From NCBI GenBank assembly GCA_013140635.1, contig JABFSM010000063.1:1-60920 (forward strand): a stretch of DNA of 60,920 nt, read 5' to 3'. Positions within the stretch are counted from its first letter, which is position 1; every line of letters begins with the position of its first letter. Both the position numbers and the translations under genes were made by a program. The notes under the pieces are model-generated. The model was not told the origin of the DNA and made no database searches. It worked only from the letters and a program-made list of their open reading frames with translations. Of the stretch, positions 7,982-17,119 are shown in pieces. The DNA is from Gemmatimonadales bacterium. Its GTDB lineage: Bacteria > Gemmatimonadota > Gemmatimonadetes > Gemmatimonadales > GWC2-71-9.

Positions 7982-10900
7982 ATGTTCACCCACCTCCACG
8001 CTCACTCCTGGTTCTCGATGGGCCAGGGTCCCTCCAGTCCCGAGGCCCTGCTGGCCGCGCTCCCGGAAGAAGATTCCGATGGGACCCCGACCCTCGCCTG
8101 CACCGACACCAACGGGGTCTACGGCGCGGTCGAGTTCCAGCGCGCCGCCGAAGAGGTAGGGGTCCGCCCCATTTTGGGGGCGCACCTCGTGCTCGGGGAT
8201 GAAGCCTGTGTGGCGCTCGCCATGGACGAGCGCGGGTGGGGCGCGATCTGCCGAGCCATTACGGCCATTCATTGGCGCCAGAGCGCGCCGCTGTCCGGCC
8301 TCGCGGCGCTGCTGGCGGCGGACCGCAACGGAGCGCTGATCCTTTCCTCTTCTCCCGTTTTTCTCGATCGGCTCGTCCGCCTCTCCGGCCCGGAGGAGGT
8401 CTACGCCGAGCTCACCCCCGGCCCCGCCCGTCACGCGGTGCTGGCCGCGGCTGCACGGTTAGGTATCCCCCCGGTCGTCACCAACGCGGCGATGTTCGCC
8501 GCTCCCGGCGACTGGGAGCGCCACCGGCTCCTCCGCGCCATCAGCGGCAACACCACACTCTCCGCGCTGCCGGCGGAGTCGGTGTCGTCCCGCGAGGCTT
8601 GGCTCAAGCCCCGTCGAGAGCTCGCGCGCCATTTTCCCGACGTGCCCGAGGCGCTGGACCGCGCGGGAGAGCTGGCGGAGCGGTGCCGGTATCGGATTCC
8701 CATCGGCCGCCGGACCGTGGCCCCGCGTCATGCGGAGGACGCCTTCCGGCGGCTTCGGGAGCTGGCGTTCGAGGGCGCCCGGCAACGGTACGACTACACC
8801 ATTCCCTATGCGGTGCGCCTTCGGCTGGAGCACGAGCTCGACATCATCGGGAAGAAAGACTTCGCCGACTACTTCCTCGTGGTGCACGAGATCGTCCGGC
8901 ACGCCCGCACTCATTGCGGCCGCGGCTCCGTCGCCCACTCGATCGTGTCCTACTGCCTCGGCATAACGCATGTCGACCCGCTGCCCTCGAACCTGGTCTT
9001 CGAACGATTTCTCAATCCCGATCGCAAAGACCCTCCCGACATCGACCTCGATTTTCCCTGGGACGAACGGGATACGATCCTGCAATGGATTCTTCACACG
9101 AGTTATCCGGCGCCGCGCGCCGCGATGGTCGCCAACTACAACACCTTCAAGCTGCGCGGCGCCCTGCGCGAAGTAGCCAAGGTGCTGGGCCGCCCGCCCG
9201 CCGAAATCCGCGAAGTCACCCGCCGCGTGCCCTGGTTCAGTGAGAGCACCCCGCTCGACCGCCTTCTGGCGGAGCATCCGAATTTCATGGGGCTCGACCT
9301 CCCGGCCGGGTGGATCGAGCTCGCCAGACACGCCGCGCCGCTGATCGGCACGCCGCGGCATCTCTCGCTGCACCCCGGCGGCGTCGTGATCGTTCCCGAT
9401 GCCCTCACCAAGTACGTGCCGATGGAACCGGCCGCCAAACGGCTCGAGGGCACGCCGGACCGCCCCGTGCCGGTCATCCAGTTCGACAAGGACAGCACTG
9501 AAGACGCCGGCCTCGTGAAAATCGACATCCTGGGGAACCGCTCGCTAGCGGTCATTCGCGATGGGATCAGGATGGTACAGGCCAATACGGGCCGCCAGCT
9601 CGACTATACGAGCCAAGAGGCCGGCGCCGACCCCGCAACGCAGGAGCTCTTTCGAACCGGGCGGACGATGGGGGTATTCTACACCGAGTCGCCCGCCTCA
9701 CGGCTCCTCTGCATCAAGAGCCGCACGGCGAAGTTCGAGTTACTTGTACTCAACACCAGCATCATCCGCCCCGCGTCCATTCGATACGTCCGCCTATACC
9801 TGGAACGGCTGCACGGCGCTCCCTGGCAGCCGATCGACTCGAGCCTGACGGCGACTCTCGGCACCACATTCGGCATCATGGTGTATCAGGAGGATGTCGC
9901 CAACGTCTGCGCCGCTTTTGCCGGTATGTCGCTCACCGAGGCGGACGGGGTGCGCAAGGCGCTCTCGAAGAAACGGCCGGTCAAGGAGCTGGCCGCCTAT
10001 CGAAGAGAGTTTTTCGAGGGGGCCGCCCGGCAGGGCCGCAGCACGGCTGTTACGGAGGAGGTATGGAAGATGGTGATGAGCTTTGCCGGCTACAGCTTCT
10101 GCAAAGGCCACTCCTGCTCCTATATCCAAGTGGCGCAGCAGTCGGCCTATCTCCGGGCGCATTATCCGGCGGAGTTTTTCGCGGCGGTCCTGGCCAACGG
10201 CGGCGGCTTCTATGCGCCGTTTGCCTATGTGGCCGAAGCGCGCCGGGCGGGCGTGACCGTCCGGCCCCCCGACGTCAATCTGAGCGAGATGAACACCGGC
10301 GGACGGGGCGCCGAGATCCGGCTCGGCTTTCAGTTCATCAAGGGGCTCTCCGCCGGCGCGCAGGCCCGGATCCTTGCCGCGCGGTCGGAACGGCCCTTCG
10401 AGAACCTGGCCGACCTGCGCGCCCGCGCCGAGCTCCGGCCCGACGACCTCCGCCTGCTGATCAAGGTCGGCGCCCTGGACGGCATTGCCCGCGGCGCCAC
10501 CCGTCCGATGATGCTCTGGGAGCTGGACCGGCACGCCGGCGTGTCTCGGCAGCGCGCGCATGGACCGGAGCTGCTCGCCAACCCGCCGGGGAGCCGCACG
10601 CCGCCGCTTCCCGAATACACCGCCGAGCGGCGCCGAGACGAAGAGCTCGACCTGCTCGACGTCAGCACCGAGCGGCATCCGATGAGCGTCCATGACGCGG
10701 CGACCCGCCGGCTGCGGACGGTATCCGCCACCGACCTTCACCGCTATGCGGGGCAGTATGTGCTCTGTGCCGGCATGCTCACCACCGCCAAGCCGGTGCA
10801 TACCGCCAAGGACGAGCCGATGCAGTTCGCCACCTTCGACGATGGCCATGGACTCATCGAAACGGTGCTCTTTCCCGACATCCATGCCCGGCGGGCGCAC

Positions 10901-11083
10901 GTTCTCTTCGACCGAGGGCCCTTTCTATTTCGGGGCAAAGTGGAAGAGGATTTTGGTGCGATAACGGTGACGGTGACGGAGCTCGACCGGTTGGAGCGGG
11001 TGCTCAGGAGAAGGGAAGAGGGAGGAGGGAAGAGGGAAGCGGGTATGCCTTCTCTTCCCTCTTCCCTCCTCCCTCTTCCCTAG
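7982..11083 (+). CDS. dnaE2: Error-prone DNA polymerase DnaE2 (Pol III alpha paralog)
   Basis: PHP domain starts MFTHLHAHSWFS. Pol III alpha core motifs follow: GRGSVAHSIVSYCLGITHVDP, PDIDLDF, VKIDILGNRSL, FCKGHSCSYIQVAQQSAYLRAHYP. The OB-fold region is present, and length and tail are DnaE2-like. Start moved to ATG 7982. The last ~24 codons run through a hairpin. Confidence 0.9.
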   Translation: MFTHLHAHSWFSMGQGPSSPEALLAALPEEDSDGTPTLACTDTNGVYGAVEFQRAAEEVGVRPILGAHLVLGDEACVALAMDERGWGAICRAITAIHWRQSAPLSGLAALLAADRNGALILSSSPVFLDRLVRLSGPEEVYAELTPGPARHAVLAAAARLGIPPVVTNAAMFAAPGDWERHRLLRAISGNTTLSALPAESVSSREAWLKPRRELARHFPDVPEALDRAGELAERCRYRIPIGRRTVAPRHAEDAFRRLRELAFEGARQRYDYTIPYAVRLRLEHELDIIGKKDFADYFLVVHEIVRHARTHCGRGSVAHSIVSYCLGITHVDPLPSNLVFERFLNPDRKDPPDIDLDFPWDERDTILQWILHTSYPAPRAAMVANYNTFKLRGALREVAKVLGRPPAEIREVTRRVPWFSESTPLDRLLAEHPNFMGLDLPAGWIELARHAAPLIGTPRHLSLHPGGVVIVPDALTKYVPMEPAAKRLEGTPDRPVPVIQFDKDSTEDAGLVKIDILGNRSLAVIRDGIRMVQANTGRQLDYTSQEAGADPATQELFRTGRTMGVFYTESPASRLLCIKSRTAKFELLVLNTSIIRPASIRYVRLYLERLHGAPWQPIDSSLTATLGTTFGIMVYQEDVANVCAAFAGMSLTEADGVRKALSKKRPVKELAAYRREFFEGAARQGRSTAVTEEVWKMVMSFAGYSFCKGHSCSYIQVAQQSAYLRAHYPAEFFAAVLANGGGFYAPFAYVAEARRAGVTVRPPDVNLSEMNTGGRGAEIRLGFQFIKGLSAGAQARILAARSERPFENLADLRARAELRPDDLRLLIKVGALDGIARGATRPMMLWELDRHAGVSRQRAHGPELLANPPGSRTPPLPEYTAERRRDEELDLLDVSTERHPMSVHDAATRRLRTVSATDLHRYAGQYVLCAGMLTTAKPVHTAKDEPMQFATFDDGHGLIETVLFPDIHARRAHVLFDRGPFLFRGKVEEDFGAITVTVTELDRLERVLRRREEGGGKREAGMPSLPSSLLPLP
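11012..11081. terminator. 28-bp homopurine/homopyrimidine hairpin between convergent dnaE2 and the protease gene (candidate bidirectional terminator)
   Basis: Left arm 11013-11039 (gggaagagggaggagggaagagggaag) is the perfect reverse complement of 11054-11080. One extra A-T pair extends the stem to 11012/11081. 14-nt loop and no T-tract. Confidence 0.55.
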
Positions 11084-11087
11084 CCGG

Positions 11088-14000
11088 TCACTCCTGCCGC
11101 CTCCCGATCTGCTCCAGCAACGTCTTGACCGCCTGATCGAGCTGCGAATCGCGCCCGCTGTAGAATTCGCCCACCGGCCGGACCACCGTCACATCGACCG
11201 GGCGAGGATGCAACTCCATGTCTTTGCCGTCGCTTCCCCGGATTCGAATGAACGGCATCCGCATGACGGTGCCGTCGAGCAGCCCCAGGTTCGACGTGAA
11301 GATGATCCATCCCGCCGTCGGCTCGCCGACCACCGTCCCGAGGCCCAGCGTGCGGTACCCCTCGGTGAAATCCTCGGCATCCGAGAGTGAATGCTGATTG
11401 GTCACCAGCACCGTCGGACGCTCGAAGGCGCGCTGGCCGAGCTGGCTGCGCGCCGGCGCCACGACCCCGCCCCGCGGCTGCATCGACAGATAGGGCCGCC
11501 GCGTGAAGATGTCGAGCGCGTACGCGTTGACGAAACCGCCGTTGTTGTTGCGAATGTCGATGACGACCCCGTCTCGGCTCTGGTTCTCGGTGTCGAGGTC
11601 GACGACGAGCTGGTCGAGCGACCCTTGGCCCATATCGAGAATGTGCACGTAGCCAAGGCGCCCATTGCTGGCGCGCGCCACGTACGCGCGCCGGTCCTCG
11701 ACCCAGCTGCGGTACAGGAGCCCTTTCTCGGTGCCGGTGTTCACCGGCCGGACAATCACGTCGCGGCCCGAATCAGGCGCCGCACCGGCCACGCGAAGGG
11801 TGACTCGGCGGCCGACCTTTCCGTTCAGGAGCTGGTCCAGGTTCGCGCCGGGCCCAGTGCGCTCGCCGTCGACCGCCAAGAGCCGCTCGCCGGCCCGAAT
11901 CCCGGCGATCGCCGCCGGCCCGAGGGGGATGACCTCGAACACGGTCAGCTGGCCGCTCGCCTCGAGGGCCGCGGGGTCGAAGCGGAGCCCGAGCCGGCCG
12001 GTAGGCGCCGCGGCGGGCCCTCCGCCGGGTGGATTGATACCGGAATGCGAGGCGTTGAGCTCCCCCACCATGAAACCGAGAATCCGCCGCAGCTCGTCAG
12101 GTGAGCGCGCCCCCATCACGCGGGGTTCGTAGGTGCGCCGCACCGCCTCCCAGTCGGCGCCGTGGTACTCTGGATCGTAGAAATTGTCGCGCTGCAGAGT
12201 CCACGCCTGCCGAAACACCTCCATCTTCTCGCGATCGAAGTCGACCTCCATCTCCGCGGTCACCGCGATAGGGCGAGTCTGTCGCGTATCGAGGTGGTAG
12301 GCCTGGAGCCGCCCCCCCTCCATGTAGTAGACCTCTTTGCTGTCAGGCGAAAAGGTCACGCTGGTCTTGAACGCCGACGTCGAGGTGAGCTGCCGGGCGA
12401 CCAACTCTTCGGTGGAGAGCTCATCGAGCGGCCAGATGTAGAGATTCGACCGGCCTTCGGCCCCTCCCACCATCACCACCCACTTGCCGTCGGGGCTCAC
12501 AACCTGGTCGTTCACGTCCACGCCGACGGGAATGAGCGTCAGGCGCCTGCGCACGTCGTTGAATTCGAACGCGGGCGTGGCGGACACCGGCGCGGGAGCC
12601 GAATCTCGCGGGGGCGCCGCCGCGGGCGGCGTCTGCGGCGCCGGCCGTCCCGGCCGCGGAGCCTCTTGGGTGAAGAGGTCGCGGAAGAGATCCTCGCGGA
12701 ACCGCGGTGTCCGGGGCACGAGATCGACCCGGGCAAGCGCCGCCGACTCGGTGCGCTGATTGGTGTTCACCAGCAGATAGGCGCCCGACGGAGCCCACGA
12801 TACGGCGCCCGCGTTCGAGTTGGCGAGGAACGTCACCTGCTTGGAGTCGCCGCCGGCCGCCGGCACCAGGAAGACGCTGGTGAACCCGCGCACGCCGGTG
12901 CTGAGGTAGGCGAGCCACTTACCGTCGGGAGACCACGCTACGCTTCGCGGGCTGGTGAACGGTTCGCGGTCCATCACCCCGGTGGCGAGCAGACGCTCCT
13001 GTCGCGAGGCCATGTCGAGCACCCGGAGCTCGCGGCCGTCGCGCACGAAGGCGATCTGTTTGCCGTCGGGAGAGAAATGCGGCGTCACGTCATTCTGCGG
13101 CTGATCGGTGAGCCGAGTTTCCGCTCCGGTGGTGAAGTCATAGAGGAAGAGGTTGAGAGCGCCACTCCGGCCCGAGGCGTACGCCAGCCGCCGGCTATCG
13201 GGCGCCCAGCTCATCTGGCCTTCCATGGCGGGGCTCCGCGTCACCCGCGCCGCGTTGCCGCCGTCGCGCGCCGAAACGGCGAAGATTTCACCCCGGACCA
13301 CGAACGCGATCTTCCGCGCGTCGGGGGAGAGCGCCATCTCCTGAAGCTGGCTCGTGGCGGTGATCCGCTCCACCACCGGTTCGCTCCCCGCGCCGCGCAG
13401 AGTGATCGGCACCGGCGCCGCACGCCCACTCGCCGTTTCGAGGGTCCACACCCCGAAATCCCGCTCGAACGCGATCCGCTTTCCGTCGCGTGTGATGCTG
13501 GGCCAGAGCACTCGACCGTCGCGGAAGGTCGTCACTTGGCGGGCGGTGCCGCCGGCCGCCGCAGGACGGGTCCAGAGATTCTGGGGCCCCCCGCGATCGG
13601 AGATGTACCAGAGCGCCTGACCGTCGGCGGTCCACATCGGCCACCCTTCGCGAGCGCCCCCGTCGGTCACCGGCTGATACGACGGCGGCGCGCCGGGACG
13701 TACGATCAGAATCTGGCTCTGATCGATGTGGCTGCTTCCCTTCCGCCACCATTGGCCCGAGCTGCTGCCCCGGGCGGTGATCGCGACGTTCCGCCCGTCC
13801 GGCGAGGGCATCGCCCAATACTCGCTGGCGTATCGGTCCGCGCTCACCGCCATCGGCGTTCCCCCGCTGGCCCGCACTTTGTACACGTCGTTCATCCCCG
13901 CGATGTCGCGGCTCGAGCTCGAGTAGTAGAGCCACTGCCCATCGGGCGACCAGCTGTCGAGTTGCTCCGCCCCGTCCTCGAAGGTCAGGCGGCGGAGAGC

Positions 14001-14297
14001 GCCGGTCGCCAAGTTGAGGGTCCAGACGTCGACGCTTCCGGCTCGTGTCGAGGTAAAGGCAAGGGTCTTACCGTCGGGCGCGTAGAGCGGCCGGGCCTCG
14101 ATGGCGGGGTGTGACACGAGCAGTCGCGCTTCACCACCGGATGCCGGCACGGTCCAGATATCGCCGCCGCTGACGAAGGCGATTTCGGCGCCGTCGGGAG
14201 AGATCCCCGGCGTGGCAAATGAGGGAAGGGCGCCCGGTCCCTGAACCGCAGCCGGGCTCGAAGCTATGAGGAGCGCAAGCAGAGTCTTCATGGACAT
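11088..14297 (-). CDS. Tricorn-like protease (PD40/TolB-type beta-propellers + PDZ + S41 peptidase)
   Basis: 1069 aa. Signal peptide MSMKTLLALLIASSPAAVQG, many SPDG..IAF propeller blades, a PDZ-like segment (GIRAGERLLAVDG) and an S41 core with HSLSDAEDFTEGYR. Confidence 0.85.
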   Translation of the reverse strand: MSMKTLLALLIASSPAAVQGPGALPSFATPGISPDGAEIAFVSGGDIWTVPASGGEARLLVSHPAIEARPLYAPDGKTLAFTSTRAGSVDVWTLNLATGALRRLTFEDGAEQLDSWSPDGQWLYYSSSSRDIAGMNDVYKVRASGGTPMAVSADRYASEYWAMPSPDGRNVAITARGSSSGQWWRKGSSHIDQSQILIVRPGAPPSYQPVTDGGAREGWPMWTADGQALWYISDRGGPQNLWTRPAAAGGTARQVTTFRDGRVLWPSITRDGKRIAFERDFGVWTLETASGRAAPVPITLRGAGSEPVVERITATSQLQEMALSPDARKIAFVVRGEIFAVSARDGGNAARVTRSPAMEGQMSWAPDSRRLAYASGRSGALNLFLYDFTTGAETRLTDQPQNDVTPHFSPDGKQIAFVRDGRELRVLDMASRQERLLATGVMDREPFTSPRSVAWSPDGKWLAYLSTGVRGFTSVFLVPAAGGDSKQVTFLANSNAGAVSWAPSGAYLLVNTNQRTESAALARVDLVPRTPRFREDLFRDLFTQEAPRPGRPAPQTPPAAAPPRDSAPAPVSATPAFEFNDVRRRLTLIPVGVDVNDQVVSPDGKWVVMVGGAEGRSNLYIWPLDELSTEELVARQLTSTSAFKTSVTFSPDSKEVYYMEGGRLQAYHLDTRQTRPIAVTAEMEVDFDREKMEVFRQAWTLQRDNFYDPEYHGADWEAVRRTYEPRVMGARSPDELRRILGFMVGELNASHSGINPPGGGPAAAPTGRLGLRFDPAALEASGQLTVFEVIPLGPAAIAGIRAGERLLAVDGERTGPGANLDQLLNGKVGRRVTLRVAGAAPDSGRDVIVRPVNTGTEKGLLYRSWVEDRRAYVARASNGRLGYVHILDMGQGSLDQLVVDLDTENQSRDGVVIDIRNNNGGFVNAYALDIFTRRPYLSMQPRGGVVAPARSQLGQRAFERPTVLVTNQHSLSDAEDFTEGYRTLGLGTVVGEPTAGWIIFTSNLGLLDGTVMRMPFIRIRGSDGKDMELHPRPVDVTVVRPVGEFYSGRDSQLDQAVKTLLEQIGRRQE

Positions 14298-14402
14298 CCT
14301 TGCTGAGGAAACGGGGCCAACAACATTACCGCCAACGGGGCGTGCTGGGGAGGAACTCGACGGACGTCGTCTGAGTAACGCCGTTCATCGGGAGAGGGCC
14401 GC

Positions 14403-15578
14403 ATGGTGGCGCAATACTCTGCGGGGCGAGGCGCCCTGCTGCTGGCGCTCGGATACTTCGGTTGCAGCGGCGACGACCTGATCGTGCCAGCGCCGCCGCT
14501 GGACAATTCGGTGCGCCTGCAAGAGATCGCCTCCGGGCTCGACATGCCGGTGTTCTTGACGTCACCTCCCGGTGACCACACCAGGCTCTTCGTGGTGGAA
14601 CAGGGAGGCCGCATCCGGATAGTCCGCAACGGAGCCCTCCTTACCACTCCTTTTCTGGACATCAGCGCCAAGGTATCGAACGGAGGAGAACAGGGGCTAC
14701 TCGGCCTCGCCTTTCACCCCGACTACGCCGCCAACGGCCGCTTCATCGTGAACTACACCGACGGCGCCGGAGACACCCGGGTTTCGGTCTATCGGGTGAG
14801 CAGCAATCCTGAGGTAGCCGATCCAGCCAGCGAGCAGGTGATCCTGGCGATCGATCAGCCCTTCTCCAACCACAACGGGGGAATGGTGGTCTTCGGACCG
14901 GACGGCAAACTCTACATCGGTACAGGAGACGGGGGCTCCGGGGGCGATCCGCAAAACCACGGACAGAATCGCAATAGCCTTCTCGGCAAGCTGCTCCGCG
15001 TCACGGTCGATGGAAACGGCGCCATGACCGTTCCAGCGGACAACCCCTTCGTCGGCCAGGCCGGCATCCGCCCCGAAATCTGGAGTTACGGGCTCCGCAA
15101 CCCTTGGCGGTTCAGTTTCGACCGGCAAACGGGCGATCTCTACATCGGTGACGTGGGACAAAACCAACGGGAAGAGATCGACGTGAGCACCCAGGCCGCC
15201 CAGTTCGGCAAGGGGCTCAACTACGGCTGGCGGACGATGGAGGGGAACTCCTGCTTCAGCCCGTCGATCGGCTGTGCGCGAACTGGGCTCGTTCTCCCGG
15301 TGCTCGAGTACACCCACAACGATGGCTGCTCCGTTGCCGGCGGGTACGTCTATCGAGGCAGCGCGCTCACCGCGCTGGCCGGCACCTATTTCTATGCCGA
15401 CTACTGCGGCGGATGGGTCCGGAGTTTCCGGTTGGCCGCCGGACAGGTCACCGACCAGTTCGATTGGACCTCGCTCTGGCCAGGAGGCCAGGTCTTGAGC
15501 TTCGGCGAAGACGGCGCCGGCGAGCTCTACCTCCTTACGTCAGCCGGGAAGGTCCACAAGATCGTTCCGGCGCCGTAG
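14403..15578 (+). CDS. PQQ-dependent sugar (glucose/sorbosone) dehydrogenase family protein
   Basis: LGLAFHPDY, DQPFSNHNGGMVVFGPDGKLYIGTGDGG, GDPQNHGQN..LLGKLLR, NPWRFSFD..TGDLYIGDVGQNQREEID. N-terminal signal or lipoprotein-like segment. Confidence 0.85.
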   Translation: MVAQYSAGRGALLLALGYFGCSGDDLIVPAPPLDNSVRLQEIASGLDMPVFLTSPPGDHTRLFVVEQGGRIRIVRNGALLTTPFLDISAKVSNGGEQGLLGLAFHPDYAANGRFIVNYTDGAGDTRVSVYRVSSNPEVADPASEQVILAIDQPFSNHNGGMVVFGPDGKLYIGTGDGGSGGDPQNHGQNRNSLLGKLLRVTVDGNGAMTVPADNPFVGQAGIRPEIWSYGLRNPWRFSFDRQTGDLYIGDVGQNQREEIDVSTQAAQFGKGLNYGWRTMEGNSCFSPSIGCARTGLVLPVLEYTHNDGCSVAGGYVYRGSALTALAGTYFYADYCGGWVRSFRLAAGQVTDQFDWTSLWPGGQVLSFGEDGAGELYLLTSAGKVHKIVPAP

Positions 15579-15688
15579 CTCCGGGGGTCTTTGCGAGGCC
15601 GCGAAGCGGCCAAGGCAATCTCGGCGCCCGCCGGGCAGCGGAGAGCCAGCCGGCGATGTAATTTGGCTGGTGGAGGCACCGCCCCGGT

Positions 15689-17119
15689 ATGGATCAGAGC
15701 CCTGCCCCAAGTGCCGCGACCGGCGCAACCTGGCGCCAGCGGAACTGGGACGAGCTTCTCGCGAACATCGAATCCAAGCAGGTCATTCCGATCGTCGGCC
15801 CCGATCTTCTGGTCGTCGAACGGGAGGGCCGTGTGCTGCCCCTCGACCGCTACGTCGCGCTCGAACTGGCGGCGCGCCTGGAGCTCGACCCCGCCGCGAT
15901 CGACGGCGGGGCAACGCCGTCGCTGAACGACGTGATGTGCGCCTACCTCCGCAACATCCCGCCGGGCGAGACCCGCGCCACGCCGTACACCTTCGTGCCG
16001 GATATCCTGAAGCAGGCGCGGTTTGCACCGCCTCGGCCGTTGCAGCAGTTGGCGGAGATCACCGACTTCACCCTCTTCGTCACCACCACCTTCGACGACC
16101 TCCTGGCCCAGGCGCTCGATCAGACGCGCTACGGCGGGGCCAAGGGCACCACGAGCATCGCCTATCGGTACAACCGGCGGGAGGATCTTCCCGGCACACT
16201 CGACGAGCTGGCCCGCCAGAATCGGGCGACGGTCTTCCACCTCCTTGGCCGGCACGGAACGTCACCCAACTACGTGCTGACCGAGGAGGACCTCCTCGAA
16301 TTCGTCTGCGCCCTCCAGTCGGGCGAGTACCGGCCCACCGAGCTCTTGGCGGAACTGGCCACTCATCACTTGCTGATCCTCGGGGAGAACTTCTCCGACT
16401 GGCTCGCCCGGCTCTTCATTCGAACCACCCGGGGCCGTAAGCTCTCCACCTACCAGGATTCGACTGAGGTCGTGGCGGACAGCCGCACCCCGGGCGAGCG
16501 CGGCCTGGTGGCGTTCCTCACGCACTTCAGCGGGCACACCCGCATCTATCCGGGCGGGGCGGTCGAGTTCGTGGAGGAGCTGCACCGCCGCTGGCGGGAG
16601 CGCAACCCCGAAGCCGCGGCGCCGGCGGCGTCCACCGTGCCGTTCGTGGCGCCGCCCCGGGAGATCCCGCGTGACGCAATCTTCTTGAGCTATGCCCGGG
16701 AAGACCTCGAGGCGGTCATCCGTCTCAAGGCCATCCTCGATCGGGCCGGCCTGCCCCTCTGGTTCGACATGGACCAGATCATGGGAGGCCAGGACTGGGA
16801 CCGCCGCATCAACGACAACATCAAGAGCTGCATCCTCTTCCTGCCGGTGATGTCCCGTACCACCCAGCGGCTCACCCGCAAGCAGTACTTCCGCTCCGAG
16901 TGGAACGCGGCGCTCCATCAGAAGAGCCGTTATGCGCCGGGCGAAGTGTTCATCGTGCCGCTGGTGGTGGACGACCTCGAGCGGCGGGCGGCGGAGGAAG
17001 AATTCCCCGGCACCCACGTCGAACGGGCGCCGGGCGGCGACATCGAGGCGCGGGTGGTCGACCACCTCTGGGAGGTCTACACCCGGGCGACCGGGACCGC
17101 CCGAGGGACCCCGCGATGA
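15689..17119 (+). CDS. SIR2-like domain + TIR domain fusion protein (predicted NAD+-processing effector)
   Basis: N-terminal half matches the SIR2_2-type pattern: VIPIVGPDLL; FVTTTFDDLLAQAL; VFHLLGRHG..NYVLTEEDLLEF; LLILGENFSDWLARLF. C-terminal part matches the TIR_2 pattern: AIFLSYAREDLEAVIRLKAILDRAGLPLWFDMDQIMGGQDWDRRINDNIKSCILFLPVMS...YFRSEWNAAL. The stop overlaps the next start (ATGA at 17116-17119). Confidence 0.8.
   Translation: MDQSPAPSAATGATWRQRNWDELLANIESKQVIPIVGPDLLVVEREGRVLPLDRYVALELAARLELDPAAIDGGATPSLNDVMCAYLRNIPPGETRATPYTFVPDILKQARFAPPRPLQQLAEITDFTLFVTTTFDDLLAQALDQTRYGGAKGTTSIAYRYNRREDLPGTLDELARQNRATVFHLLGRHGTSPNYVLTEEDLLEFVCALQSGEYRPTELLAELATHHLLILGENFSDWLARLFIRTTRGRKLSTYQDSTEVVADSRTPGERGLVAFLTHFSGHTRIYPGGAVEFVEELHRRWRERNPEAAAPAASTVPFVAPPREIPRDAIFLSYAREDLEAVIRLKAILDRAGLPLWFDMDQIMGGQDWDRRINDNIKSCILFLPVMSRTTQRLTRKQYFRSEWNAALHQKSRYAPGEVFIVPLVVDDLERRAAEEEFPGTHVERAPGGDIEARVVDHLWEVYTRATGTARGTPR

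Noticed and set aside
16900-17115. N-terminal 72-codon extension of the STAND ORF as listed in the track. Analogous extensions occur at 26189-26494, 36991-37053, 39306-39557, 44912-45049, 20594-20635 and 49097-49330.
   Set aside because: The extensions overlap the 3' end of the upstream gene or are Arg/Gly-rich. Internal starts coincide with SD sequences, signal peptides or ATGA/GTGA stop-start overlaps, so the shorter models were used.
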